Below are positions 16,868 to 26,577 of a stretch of 64,000 nucleotides of DNA, piece after piece (position 1 is the stretch's first letter; each line of letters opens with the position of its first letter). Source of the stretch: Nannocystis bainbridge (lineage in GTDB: Bacteria; Myxococcota_A; Polyangia; Nannocystales; Nannocystaceae). Under the pieces are notes generated by a model. The model worked only from the letters and a program-made list of their open reading frames with translations. It searched no databases and was not told where the DNA came from. A program made the position numbers and the translations under genes. The stretch spans positions 32,001-96,000 of the forward strand of contig NZ_JAQNDL010000001.1 in assembly GCF_028368995.1 (NCBI RefSeq), given 5' to 3'.

Positions 16868-18874
16868 TCAAGGCGTGACGATGGCGAACGCCGGCGGGAA
16901 GCGGTCGAGCAGGCCGAGGAACTCCTCGACCGCCGCCCGCTTGCCGCGCAGCTTGAGCGCCCGGGCGGCCAGCGCCTGCTCGATCGTCGTCTCGCCCATC
17001 TGCAGCTCGATCAGCGTCATCTTCGCCAGCACTAGCCCGGCGTCCGCGTCCGCGTCTGCGTCCTCGGCGGTGCGGCGGGCGTAGTTGAGGACCCCGCGCT
17101 CGACCGTCAGCCTGTAGCGCTCGTCGAGGTCGGTGAACTCCACGTCGAGCTTCAGCGTCGTCGCGGCCGCGCGGGCGCCGTTGAGGCGGACCGCCAGATA
17201 GTCGAACAGCAGCGTCGGCGGCAGCGCGCGCAGCGTGTCGCGCCCGCTCGAGTCGATCGCCGCCGCCTCGGGCACCCCGTGGCGCAGCTCGTAGGCGCCC
17301 TGCAGGTACTCCGAGCGCCACGGCCCCGACTCGGCCTGATAACCCAGCTGCTCGTACGCGTCGGCCAGCAGCTCCTTGCCCGCCGCGCTGTCCGGGTTGG
17401 CGAACACCACGTGGCGCAGCACCTGCGCCGCCCAGCGGTACTCGCCGCGCGCGAAGTCGGCGCGCGCCCGCTCCAGCACCGCCGCCTCGCCGCCCATGTA
17501 CTCGACGTATTTGCGGGCCGCCGGCTCCTGCGGCAGCTCGTCGAGGTCCGACGGGTTGCCGCTGTAGAAGCCCATGTAGCGCTGGTACACCGCGCGCGCG
17601 TTGTGGCGGACCGTCCCGTAGTAGCCGCGATTCGGCCAGTAGTGGGCCAGCGCCGGCGGCAGCTCGAGGTACTCGGCGATCTCCGTGCCGATGTAGCCGA
17701 AGTTCAGCATGTGCACCGACTGATCGTGGATGTACTTGTAGAGGTCGCGCTGCTGCTCGAGGTAGGCGCGCACCTGCTTCTGGCCCCACATCGGCCAGTG
17801 ATGGGCCTGGAACTTGACCTCCAACCCGGCCCCGTACAGCTCGATCGTCTCCTGCAGGTGCTTGGCCCACGCCAGCGCGTCGCGGACCTTGGCCCCGCGC
17901 AGCGTCAGGATGTTGTGAAGCGTGTGCGTCGCGTTCTCGGCCATCCACATCGCCTTGAACTGCGGGAAGTAGGTGTTCATCTCCGACGGCGCCTCGGTGT
18001 CGGGCGTCAGCTGGAACACCATCTTCACCCCGTCGATCGTCAGCTCCTGCCCGGTGCGGGTGATCGTCTGCGTCGGAGCGATCAGCGACACCGTCCCCGA
18101 CGCCATCGCGACCCCGAGCCCGCTGCCCACGTTGCCCTGGGCGTCGCGCGGCAGGAACGTCCCGTACATGTACGCCGCGCGCCGGGTCATCGCCGCGCCC
18201 GCGAGCACCATCTCGCTGACCGCGTGGGCCAGGAAGCCCTCCGGCGCGATGATCCGGACCCGGCCGGAGCGCACGTCGGCCTCGTCGACCAGCCCGCGCA
18301 CCCCGCCGTAGTGATCGGGGTGCGAGTGGCTGTAGATCACCGCCACGATCGGCCGGTCGCCGAGGTGCTGCTTGACCAGCGCGTGCGCGGCCCTGGCCGT
18401 CTCGATCGTCAGCAGCGGGTCCATCACGATCCACCCGCGGTCGCCCTTGATGAACGTGATGTTCGCCAGGTCGAACCCGCGGACCTGATAGATCCGCTCC
18501 GACACTTTGAACAGCCCGTAGATCAGGTTGAGCTGCGACTGGCGCCACAGGCTCGGGTTCACCGTGTCGGGCGGCGGCGCGTCGCGGCGGATGAATTTCT
18601 TGAACGGCTCGAGGTCCCACACCACGTTGCCGTCGCCGTCCTTGATCGTCAGCGTGTGCGGGCGCGCGATCAGGCCCCGCTCGGCGTCCTCGAAGTCGGC
18701 GCGGTCGGCGAACGGCAGCCGCTGCTGCAGCGCCGCGTTGGCCTGTCGCGTCGCCTCGCTCGCTGGCTTCGGCCCCGCCGGCCCCGCCGCCAGCACCGCG
18801 TAACGTACCCCGGCCAGCAGCGACCCGAGGGCGGCCAGCGCGATCAGCCATGCACGAGGTCGGCGGAGCTGCAT
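16868..18874 (-). CDS. Alkyl/aryl sulfatase (SdsA1/BDS1 type; MBL fold, dimerisation and SCP2 domains)
   Basis: NPSLWRQSQLN, YQVRGFDLAN, YSHSHPDHYGG, HNILTLRGAKVRD, HHWP. Confidence 0.95.
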   Translation of the reverse strand: MQLRRPRAWLIALAALGSLLAGVRYAVLAAGPAGPKPASEATRQANAALQQRLPFADRADFEDAERGLIARPHTLTIKDGDGNVVWDLEPFKKFIRRDAPPPDTVNPSLWRQSQLNLIYGLFKVSERIYQVRGFDLANITFIKGDRGWIVMDPLLTIETARAAHALVKQHLGDRPIVAVIYSHSHPDHYGGVRGLVDEADVRSGRVRIIAPEGFLAHAVSEMVLAGAAMTRRAAYMYGTFLPRDAQGNVGSGLGVAMASGTVSLIAPTQTITRTGQELTIDGVKMVFQLTPDTEAPSEMNTYFPQFKAMWMAENATHTLHNILTLRGAKVRDALAWAKHLQETIELYGAGLEVKFQAHHWPMWGQKQVRAYLEQQRDLYKYIHDQSVHMLNFGYIGTEIAEYLELPPALAHYWPNRGYYGTVRHNARAVYQRYMGFYSGNPSDLDELPQEPAARKYVEYMGGEAAVLERARADFARGEYRWAAQVLRHVVFANPDSAAGKELLADAYEQLGYQAESGPWRSEYLQGAYELRHGVPEAAAIDSSGRDTLRALPPTLLFDYLAVRLNGARAAATTLKLDVEFTDLDERYRLTVERGVLNYARRTAEDADADADAGLVLAKMTLIELQMGETTIEQALAARALKLRGKRAAVEEFLGLLDRFPPAFAIVTP

Positions 18875-19125
18875 GCTCCGACCTATGGCCGAGCCGCGCG
18901 CCCGCGCCAGTGACGGCGCGCCGCTCGTCGCGTCCGCCGCGACCGCGCCGCGGCTCGCGGCGCGGCCACGTTCGCGCCTGTCCCGAAGGCCAGATTCATC
19001 AAACCCCGCCGCCCCCGGCGCCGCCCACCGATGTGGTCTGCGACGCAGGCGTACGTCCGCGAGCGAGCGACGGAGCGCCTTCGCAACCGGCGGCGCCGCC
19101 GCCTACCTGTCCCGAAGGCCAGCCT

Positions 19126-21171
19126 TCACGGCGCCACGAGCACGCGCGCCGAGCGGGCCGGCACCATCACCGACGGACCCTCGACCATCTCTCCCGTCAG
19201 CTCGTCCTTGAGCGCCATCCCTGGCAGCCCGCCGACCGACTTGCCCGCGTCGCTGCGGTTGACCGCGACCCACACCGTCTCGCCCTCGCCGGACATCGAG
19301 TAGGTCAGCGAGTCGGCGTCGGCGCCGAGGCGGGCGTACGAGCCGCGGCGCAGCGCCGGGTGGGCCGCGCGGATCGCCCCGAGGTCCTGAATATGGCCCA
19401 AAAGCCAGCTCTGCCCGCTCGAGTAATTCGACCACTGCATGAAGCGGCGGTTGTCGGGGTCGCCCGCGCCGGGCATGCCGACCTCGTCGCCGTAGTAGAC
19501 CAGCGGCGCCCCGGGCGTCGTGTAGAGCAGCGTGAACGACAGCCCCAGCCGCTCGAACGCCGCGGCCCCGACCGGCAGCCCCGGCTTGTCGTTCCACGCC
19601 TTGTCCTTGCCGTCGGCCCACTGGTTGTTCCACACCGGCGAGTCCTCGGCCAGGTGGATCGCGCGCGGGATGTCGTGGTTGCCGATGAACGTGCTCATCA
19701 CCGCCGCGCCGCCGTTGTAGTAGTCGGTGTTGGCGTCGAAGAAATCGGCCAGCTCGTTCATCGAGCCCTGGCGCATCAGCACGTTGTAGGCCATCTGCAT
19801 GCGCAGCGGGAAGTCGAACTGCCCGTCGAGCTTGTCGCAGCCGACGTACTTGTTGATGGTCGGCTTGTCGCCCGTGAACGTCTCGCCGACCATGTAGAAG
19901 TGCTGCCCCGACATCGGCTCGATGTCGGCCTTGACGCGCGCGCGCAGGTCGAGCAGCCACTCGATCTTGATGTGCTTGACCGCGTCGAGGCGGAACCCGT
20001 CGGCGCCGGTGTCCTTGATCCACTGGATCGCGTTGTCGATCGAGTAGTCGCGGGCCGCCTGGTTGCTGAAGTCGAAGTCGGGCAGGTAATCGGTGAACCA
20101 GCAGCGCTCGCCGTCGGCCCCGTCCCACGAGCAGCCGGCCCCGCACACGCAGTCGCCGCCGTTGCCGTTGTCGTTCGGGTTGAACCAGCTCGGGTTGTCG
20201 ACATACACGGGCGCGGTGATGTGGACGTGGTTCATCGCGTAGTCGAGGATGACCTTGAGGTCGGCCGCGTGAGCCGCCGCCACCAGCGCCTGCAGCTCGG
20301 CCAGCGAGCCGAAGTGCTCCTCCGTCTGTGACAGGTCCGTCGGCCAGTAGCCGTGGTACGCGCTGTACATGTGCCCGTCGGTGCCCAGCCCGTCGTCCGA
20401 GGTGTTGTTCATCGGCACCGTCAACCACAGCGTGTTGACGCCGAGCTCGTTGAAGTAGCCGTCCTCGATCTTCGCCGTCACCCCGGCCCAGTCGCCGCCC
20501 TGCCAGTCCGCCGCCGTCTCGACCCCCGTCAGCGCGTCGTTGCCGGGGTCGCCGTTGTTGAAGCGGTCGACGAACACGAAGTAAATGATCGAGTCGCGCC
20601 AGTCGAAGCCGCCGTCCTGCGTCACCGCGCACGAGGCCGCCTCGCAGGTGAACTCCTCGCAGGTCATCGGCTGCAGCACCGAGTTGTAGCCGCCGAAGCC
20701 GTCGTCGATCTGGTCGGGGTTGTTCGGGTCGGGGATCCACGCCATCGACCCGTCGATGCGCAGCTTGTACTGCACCGACGTGTCCCACGGGACAGGTACC
20801 GTCACCCGCCAGTTGGTGCCGTCGCTCGTCATCGCCGCGCCCTTCGACCAGCCGTCGGGCGCGAAGCTGCCCATCACGTCGACCGACGTCTCGCCCATGT
20901 CGGGGTAGGTGAACTCGTAGGCGCAGCGCTTCAGCGCTTCGTCACACATCGGCGGCGGCGGCTCGCCGGTGGTCGGGTCGCCGGTCGTGGTCGGATCGAC
21001 CTGCCCGCCGGTCGCGTAGCCGGTCACGCCGCCGCCCTGCGACGGGTCGTACGGCATCGTGCTCGGCGGCATCGTCGCCGAGTCGGTCGTCTCCGACTCG
21101 AGCGGCGGATCGGTGCAACCGATCACCGACAGGAGCGACAGGACAGGCAAGATCCGGAGAAGGCGAGCCAC
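19126..21171 (-). CDS. GH13 alpha-amylase-family lipoprotein with an N-terminal CBM48-like module
   Basis: Lipobox VIGC; FVDRFNNGD, YHGYWP, GFRLDAVKH, VGET, IGNHD, YYGDEVG; start at GTG 21171 or TTG 21210. Confidence 0.92.
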   Translation of the reverse strand: MARLLRILPVLSLLSVIGCTDPPLESETTDSATMPPSTMPYDPSQGGGVTGYATGGQVDPTTTGDPTTGEPPPPMCDEALKRCAYEFTYPDMGETSVDVMGSFAPDGWSKGAAMTSDGTNWRVTVPVPWDTSVQYKLRIDGSMAWIPDPNNPDQIDDGFGGYNSVLQPMTCEEFTCEAASCAVTQDGGFDWRDSIIYFVFVDRFNNGDPGNDALTGVETAADWQGGDWAGVTAKIEDGYFNELGVNTLWLTVPMNNTSDDGLGTDGHMYSAYHGYWPTDLSQTEEHFGSLAELQALVAAAHAADLKVILDYAMNHVHITAPVYVDNPSWFNPNDNGNGGDCVCGAGCSWDGADGERCWFTDYLPDFDFSNQAARDYSIDNAIQWIKDTGADGFRLDAVKHIKIEWLLDLRARVKADIEPMSGQHFYMVGETFTGDKPTINKYVGCDKLDGQFDFPLRMQMAYNVLMRQGSMNELADFFDANTDYYNGGAAVMSTFIGNHDIPRAIHLAEDSPVWNNQWADGKDKAWNDKPGLPVGAAAFERLGLSFTLLYTTPGAPLVYYGDEVGMPGAGDPDNRRFMQWSNYSSGQSWLLGHIQDLGAIRAAHPALRRGSYARLGADADSLTYSMSGEGETVWVAVNRSDAGKSVGGLPGMALKDELTGEMVEGPSVMVPARSARVLVAP

Positions 21172-21242
21172 GCAGCTCCGAGGATGGCGCCGCGACCCGC
21201 CCGGGGTCAAGCGCGCCCGCTCCCCGCGCCGAGCTCATGCTT

Positions 21243-22160
21243 TCACCTCGGCCCGAAGTCCTCGCGATAGCTACCGTGCTCGATGTCCGCGAGCAGCCCG
21301 ACCTGCCGCGGCTGCCAGCCGAGCGCCCGCGCGTGCGTCGCTCGCACGCGGCTGTTCGACGCCAGGCCCAGGCTCGCCGCCTCGACCCCGAGCGCCGCGA
21401 TCGCGTCCTGCAGCGGCCACTCGACCGTGCGCTCGCCGAACCCGAGCATGCGACCGATCGATCGCGCCACCTCGCCGAGCGCCGCCTCGCCGTTCTCGGC
21501 GAAGAAGAAGCTGCCCGGCTCCGCCTTCGCCAGCACCAGCGCATACAGGTCGACAAGATCGTCGATGTGGACATTCGACCAGATGTTGCGACCCGGCCCG
21601 ATGTGGACCCCCGCGCCGCGCTCCTTGGCCGCACGGATCAGCAGCGGCACCTGGATCGAGTCGCGCTTGGTGCCGGTGCCGCGGCCGTAGATCATCGTCG
21701 GGCAGACCACCGCGGTGCGCAGGCCCTCGGACGCCGCCTCGCGCACCCGGCTGTCGATCGCCACGCGCGCCACCTTGGCCGCGATCGGCGTGTTCGGCGT
21801 GTCGTCGGTGAACACCCGCTCCGACGATTCGCCGATGCCCTCGTCGGCCACGATCGACGAGCCGCTGGTGTGGATCAGCGTCTTGCCCGACCCGCGCAGC
21901 CCGGCGATCAGCGCCTCGATCGCCGGCCGGTGATCCGAGTCCGCCGTGTTCACCACCACGTCGGCCTCGCTCGCCAGCCGCTGTAACAGCGCCGCGTCGT
22001 CGAGCCCGCCGATCGCCGCGCGGACTCCGGTCGCCTCGATGCGGGCCGCCGCCGCCGGGTCGCGGACCAGGCCCACCACCGCGAATCCGTCCTGCACCAA
22101 CCGACGCGCCACCGAGCCGCCGATGTAACCGGAAACACCTGTCACGAATGCACGCTTCAT
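21243..22160 (-). CDS. NAD-dependent epimerase/dehydratase (extended SDR)
   Basis: AFVTGVSGYIGG Rossmann motif, IHTSGSS, WSNVHIDDL; start at ATG 22160. Confidence 0.9.
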   Translation of the reverse strand: MKRAFVTGVSGYIGGSVARRLVQDGFAVVGLVRDPAAAARIEATGVRAAIGGLDDAALLQRLASEADVVVNTADSDHRPAIEALIAGLRGSGKTLIHTSGSSIVADEGIGESSERVFTDDTPNTPIAAKVARVAIDSRVREAASEGLRTAVVCPTMIYGRGTGTKRDSIQVPLLIRAAKERGAGVHIGPGRNIWSNVHIDDLVDLYALVLAKAEPGSFFFAENGEAALGEVARSIGRMLGFGERTVEWPLQDAIAALGVEAASLGLASNSRVRATHARALGWQPRQVGLLADIEHGSYREDFGPR

Positions 22161-22253
22161 CTCGCTGTTCCTCGTGCCTCGAGTTTGGCCTGTTCCTCCC
22201 CAGCATGGTAGCGTGATTGCCGGCAAACGCCCTGTGCCGCCGAGGCAAAGCCC

Positions 22254-23138
22254 GTGGACCTGACCCCGCAACTCCAGGCGTTCGTCCGCAGCGTCCGGGC
22301 CGGCAGCTTCAGCGCCGCCGCGCGCGAAGCGGGTACCACCCCCTCGGCCTTCAGCAAGCAAGTCGCGCGGCTCGAACAGAAGCTCGGCGTGCCGCTGGTC
22401 GTGCGCACCGGACAGGGCCTGCAGCCGACGCCCGAGGGCGAGGCGTTGTTCGAGCGGGTCCAGCGGGCGCTCGACGACATCACCGACGCCTGCGAGGAGG
22501 CCGCCCGCGCCACCGGCCCGCGCGGCCTCGTCCGGATCAGCGCCCCGGTCGAGCTCGGCCACGCCTGGCTGGTCCCGCGGCTGCCCGCGCTGCACCGCGC
22601 CCACCCGCAGATCGCCGTCGAGCTCGGCCTCGCCGATCGCTTCGTCGACCTGCAGGCCGAGCAGTTCGACCTCGCCGTGCGCGTCGGCGGCGACGGCGAC
22701 GGCCGCCTGGTCCAGCGGCGGATCGGTCGCCTGCGCCGGTTCGCCTGCGCCACCCCGGGCTACCTCAAGTCGCACGGCGTGCCGCGCACGCCCGAGGCGC
22801 TGCCGCGTCACACCCTGCTCGCCATCACGCGCGCCGGTCGGCGCATCCCGTGGGAGCTGGCGGGCGGCGCTCGCCTGGTCCCGCAGGGCCCGTTCGCCGC
22901 CGACAGCAACGAGGCCCTGCGTCAGCTCGCGCTCGCCGGCGTCGGCATCGCCTGGCTGCCCGAAGTCACGGTGGCCGCCGACGTCAAGCGCGGCGCCCTG
23001 CGCTTGCTGTTCGCCGACGACCCCGAGCCCGGCCTGCCGATCCACCTCGTGTTCCCGCAGGGCCGCCTGCTGGCCCCGCGGGTCCGCGCCGTGGTCGACT
23101 TCCTCGCCGACGCCGCCCGCACCAGCATGCCCGCTTGA
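22254..23138 (+). CDS. LysR-family transcriptional regulator (CrgA-like), divergent from the SDR gene
   Basis: GSFSAAARE..TPSAFSKQVARLEQKLG HTH; DLAVR; LAGVGIAWLP. Confidence 0.93.
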   Translation: MDLTPQLQAFVRSVRAGSFSAAAREAGTTPSAFSKQVARLEQKLGVPLVVRTGQGLQPTPEGEALFERVQRALDDITDACEEAARATGPRGLVRISAPVELGHAWLVPRLPALHRAHPQIAVELGLADRFVDLQAEQFDLAVRVGGDGDGRLVQRRIGRLRRFACATPGYLKSHGVPRTPEALPRHTLLAITRAGRRIPWELAGGARLVPQGPFAADSNEALRQLALAGVGIAWLPEVTVAADVKRGALRLLFADDPEPGLPIHLVFPQGRLLAPRVRAVVDFLADAARTSMPA

Positions 23139-23327
23139 GCATGTCCTGAAGGGCATGTCCCCGGAGACACGCGGTCTCGGGCTCGACATGCCCATGAAGA
23201 CATGTCTCGTCAAAACTTCCTGTCCCCGAAGACAGGCCGCTCGACATGTCCCTGCAGACAGCCCAGTGCACCCGGGTCTCGACCCCTCGGCACGCGGCGG
23301 ACCTGACATGACCCTTCGGACATGTCG
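23128..23327. repeat. Large cluster of 14-bp units (about 9) downstream of lysR
   Basis: TGCCCgcttGAGCA TGTCCtgaaGGGCA TGTCCccggAGACA .. TGCCCatgaAGACA .. TGTCCccgaAGACA .. TGTCCctgcAGACA .. TGACCcttcGGACA. Confidence 0.85.
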
Positions 23328-23498
23328 ATGCGCTCCCCTCGCTCCCAGGCACTCCGCTCTCACACTGCCGCTTTGGTAATTTCCATCACCATAATTTCAC
23401 CGTTCGTAAACCCCTCGCCGAAGCCATCCCCCGTTTTCAGCCCGCGCCGCCCCGGTCGCGCGCCGCCCCGGTCCCTCGTGGTATGACGGCCTCGTGGC

Positions 23499-24098
23499 AT
23501 GACCCTCGAGCAGGCACGATTCGGGCGCACCGCCGCCGCTCTGGCTCGCGGCCCGCTCGGCCTGCTCGCGCTGTGCCTCGTGTTCTCCTACGGCGTCGCC
23601 GGGGCGTTCGGCGGCGTCGCCGTCGACCACCTGACCGACGGCCAGCGCAGCGTCCTCGTCGGCTTCATCGTCCTGTTCCCGCTCGCCGTGCTGGCCGCTC
23701 TGTACCGGCTCGTCACGCGCCACCACCTCAAGCTCTATGCCCCCGGCGATTTCCGCGAGGAGCGGCATTTCGTCGAGGTCGGCCGCCCCGCCGCCGACCG
23801 GCTGACCGCCGTCAGCCCCCCGGGCCTCGTCGAGCCGGTCGTGCACGGCGACGATTTCCTGCTCATCGACGTCGCACCGCCGGCCAACAGCGCCCCGCGC
23901 TCGCGCCCCGGGTTCTGGACCCGCGCCGGCGAGACCTACTACGTCACCCGCCAGGGCCTCGTCTACCTGCTGCGCTCGCCCGCCCAGCGGGCCCAGATCA
24001 CCCGCGTGGACGCCCTGCCGGCCGACTGCAGCCCGATCGCCAGCCAGCACTGCGACCCGGCCCTGTGCGCCCTCGCCGAGGCCGCCGACTCGCGCTGA
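23499..24098 (+). CDS. Hypothetical membrane protein (2 TM helices followed by an HHLKLYAPGDF motif)
   Basis: Two hydrophobic helices, GC3 bias; stop codon is part of a repeat unit. Confidence 0.7.
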   Translation: MTLEQARFGRTAAALARGPLGLLALCLVFSYGVAGAFGGVAVDHLTDGQRSVLVGFIVLFPLAVLAALYRLVTRHHLKLYAPGDFREERHFVEVGRPAADRLTAVSPPGLVEPVVHGDDFLLIDVAPPANSAPRSRPGFWTRAGETYYVTRQGLVYLLRSPAQRAQITRVDALPADCSPIASQHCDPALCALAEAADSR

Positions 24099-24179
24099 CC
24101 TCGCGGACATGCCCCCGACGACATGTCCCGAGCGACATGTCGCAGTCGACATGTCCCGGTCGACATGCTCCCGCGGACA
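24096..24179. repeat. 14-bp-unit array (6 units) between convergent genes
   Basis: TGACCtcgcGGACA TGCCCccgaCGACA TGTCCcgagCGACA TGTCGcagtCGACA TGTCCcggtCGACA TGCTCccgcGGACA. Confidence 0.9.
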
Positions 24180-24227
24180 CCCCACGAAGCCCGGCCGCGC
24201 CGCCCGCTCATTCGCCCGCGCGCGCGC

Positions 24228-24833
24228 TCACGCCTGCGCGTCGTCGCCGTAGAGCAGCCGGGCCGCGCGCGCGACCTGCTCGACCACCATCTCGGGGCTG
24301 AGCAGCCCGCCGGTCCAGCCGACCAGGCGCGAGAACCACACGTCCTCGAGCACCGCCAGGCGGTCGAGCTCGGTCGCGCTGACCGGCTCGTCCTCGCGGC
24401 CGCGGATGGCGCCGACGATCAGCTCCATCAGCGCGGTGTGGAACCGCTGCAGCCGCTCGGCCAGCGCGTTCTCGCCGGTCGCGGCCGAGCGGATCACGGC
24501 CCGCCCGAGGTGCGGCCGGCCGCACAGCGTGTCGGTCAGGGCGGCGAAGCACTGCACCAGCCGCTCGAGCCGCGTCGTGCCCTGCAGCGGCTCGGCGGCG
24601 AAGCGCTCGCGCAGGGCCACCAGCTCGAGCGAGAGGACGCCGACGAGCAGGTCCTCCTTGCTGCGGAACCGCTTGTAGACGGTGCCGAGGGCCACGCCCG
24701 AGGCCTGGGCCACGTCGCGCAGGCGCACCGCCGAGAAGCCGCCGGTCTCGGCCAGCCGCACCGCGGCGTCGAGGATCCGGCGGGCGCGATCGTCGATGAG
24801 GTTGAGCTCGCCGGGCAGCGGGACTGCAGTCAT
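24228..24833 (-). CDS. TetR-family regulator, KstR-like
   Basis: RILDAAVRLAETGGFSAVRLRDVAQASGVALGTVYKRFRSKEDLL HTH; C-terminal DVWFSRLVGW resembles KstR-type ligand domains; start at ATG 24833. Confidence 0.9.
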   Translation of the reverse strand: MTAVPLPGELNLIDDRARRILDAAVRLAETGGFSAVRLRDVAQASGVALGTVYKRFRSKEDLLVGVLSLELVALRERFAAEPLQGTTRLERLVQCFAALTDTLCGRPHLGRAVIRSAATGENALAERLQRFHTALMELIVGAIRGREDEPVSATELDRLAVLEDVWFSRLVGWTGGLLSPEMVVEQVARAARLLYGDDAQA

Positions 24834-24865
24834 CCCCCTCGGTGTATGCGGCCCCGCAGGCGTCG

Positions 24866-26245
24866 TCAACGCTTGGCCTCGACGCGAACGAGGACCCCGT
24901 GCTTGGGCCGCATCGTGATCTGGAATTCCTGGGCGATCCGGGCCCGCGGGCTGAGCGTAAGGCGAAAACGCTGGGCGATCATCGCCAGCACCAGCGTGCC
25001 CTCGAGCAGGGTGAAGTGGTTGCCGATGCACATGCGCGGTCCGGCGCTGAACGGGATGTACGCCAGCTTGTGCCGGCCCTGCGCCTGCCCCGGTAAGAAC
25101 CGCGCCGGCTCGAACTTCTCCGGGTCGTCCCAGAAGCGCGGGTCGCGGTGCATCAAGAACGGCACGTAGAGCACACGATCGCCCGGGTACACGCGATGCC
25201 CGGCCAGCTCGGTCTCGGCGACGATGTCGCGCCCGCCGCTCCAGGTCGGCGGATACAGCCGCAGCGACTCCTGCAGCACCGCCTTGGTGTAGTGCAGCGT
25301 GGTCTGGACGTCTTCAGCCGTCGGCACGCGCCCGTCGAGCTTGTCGACCTCTTCGATGAGCTTGTCCCACACCTCGGGATTTGTGCCGAGCAGGTAGAAC
25401 GTCCACGCCAGCGCGATCGCGGTGGTCTCGTGGCCCGCCAGGAAGAACGTGGCGATCTCGTCGCGCACCAGCCGCGGGTCGAGCGGCTGGCCGTTCTCGT
25501 CGCGCGCGTTGAGGTACGCCGCCAGCAGGTCGTCCCCCATCGCGCCCTCGGCCCGCCGTCGCGCGATGATGTCGAACGTCACCTCGTCGAGCGTCCGCAG
25601 CGCCTTACGCAGGCGCAGGTTGCCCGGCGTCGGCCAGCGCAGCGGCAGCTGCAACATCTGGTTGCCGCGCCCCGACACCTGCTCGAGCGCCACCGTGAAC
25701 GCCTCCGCCGACTCGCCGACGCGCGCGCTGAGGTCGAGGCTGAAGAGCGTCTCGCCGATGATCTCCATCGCCAGCCCGAGCAGCTCCGAGTACACGTTGA
25801 ACTCGTCGCCGACCTTGAACCGCCGGGTCCAGTCGCCCAGCGTGCGCTCGGTCAGCCGCGTCATCTTGCCGGCCAGCGCCGCCACGCTGCCCTTGTTGAA
25901 GGCCGGCTGGGCGATCCGCCGCTCGCGCCGCCACAGCTCGCCCTCGCTGGTCAGGATCCCGTCGCCCACCAGCATGCGGATCGAGTCGTACGTGTCGCGC
26001 TTGCCGTACGAGTCCTTGTCGGTCAGCAGGATCTGCTCGACCGCGTCCGGATGCAGCGCGACGAACAGCGAGTGCTTGCCCACGCACAGGCGAAAGAAGT
26101 CGCCGTGCTTCTGCCGCGCCGCCTCGACCACGGGCATGATCCCGTGACGCGTCAGCATCGGTAAGTGGCCGAACACCGGCCAGCGCGTCGGTGTCGGGAT
26201 CGAGTCGATGGGCGGCGAGACACGGTCGAGCAAGGCTTGCAGCAC
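24866..26245 (-). CDS. Cytochrome P450
   Basis: I-helix FFLAGHETT, ExxR (ESLRLYPP), PARF, heme loop FSAGPRMCIG. Confidence 0.97.
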   Translation of the reverse strand: MLQALLDRVSPPIDSIPTPTRWPVFGHLPMLTRHGIMPVVEAARQKHGDFFRLCVGKHSLFVALHPDAVEQILLTDKDSYGKRDTYDSIRMLVGDGILTSEGELWRRERRIAQPAFNKGSVAALAGKMTRLTERTLGDWTRRFKVGDEFNVYSELLGLAMEIIGETLFSLDLSARVGESAEAFTVALEQVSGRGNQMLQLPLRWPTPGNLRLRKALRTLDEVTFDIIARRRAEGAMGDDLLAAYLNARDENGQPLDPRLVRDEIATFFLAGHETTAIALAWTFYLLGTNPEVWDKLIEEVDKLDGRVPTAEDVQTTLHYTKAVLQESLRLYPPTWSGGRDIVAETELAGHRVYPGDRVLYVPFLMHRDPRFWDDPEKFEPARFLPGQAQGRHKLAYIPFSAGPRMCIGNHFTLLEGTLVLAMIAQRFRLTLSPRARIAQEFQITMRPKHGVLVRVEAKR

Positions 26246-26259
26246 GGTGGTTCCCTCTT

Positions 26260-26293
26260 TGAAACGCGTTCTACACCCCTAGAACACGTTCCA
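26260..26293. promoter_or_regulatory. Two KstR-type operators (TnnAACnnGTTnnA) upstream of the P450-TetR operon
   Basis: TGAAACGCGTTCTA (26260-26273) and TAGAACACGTTCCA (26280-26293) both fit TnnAACnnGTTnnA exactly. Confidence 0.75.
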
Positions 26294-26477
26294 CCCCCGT
26301 GCAAGAGCCTGCACGGCGCGCTCCCGCGCATTCGCCGTCCCAGGCCCTCCAGGGCCCCCAGAAACCCAATCGGCGGTCCCGCATTTCATCCTCGATCGGC
26401 GCGCGAGCACGCGCCGAGCGGCGTCGACCCGGCGCGGCTTTGAGCCTGCCAGGCGTGAACCGCCGCGCGATCGGGCC

Positions 26478-26575
26478 TGCGCTTTCGGACATGCCCGATC
26501 GGGCATGTCCATGTCGCCATGCCCTCGAAGACATGTCCTTTTCACCATGCCCTCGAAGCCATGTCCCATCGCGCA
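26478..26575. repeat. 14-bp-unit array (7 units), intergenic
   Basis: TGCGCtttcGGACA TGCCCgatcGGGCA TGTCCatgtCGCCA TGCCCtcgaAGACA TGTCCttttCACCA TGCCCtcgaAGCCA TGTCCcatcGCGCA. Confidence 0.9.
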
Positions 26576-26577
26576 GC

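Noticed and set aside
24866-26245. P450 as sterol 14-demethylase CYP51
   Set aside because: The heme loop (FSAGPRMCIG) and I-helix (AGHETT) do not match CYP51 signatures (FGxGRHRC, AGxHTS).
23128-26575. 14-bp arrays as CRISPR arrays
   Set aside because: The period is 14 bp with only 4 variable bases; there are no 25-45-bp unique spacers, no identical repeats and no cas genes.
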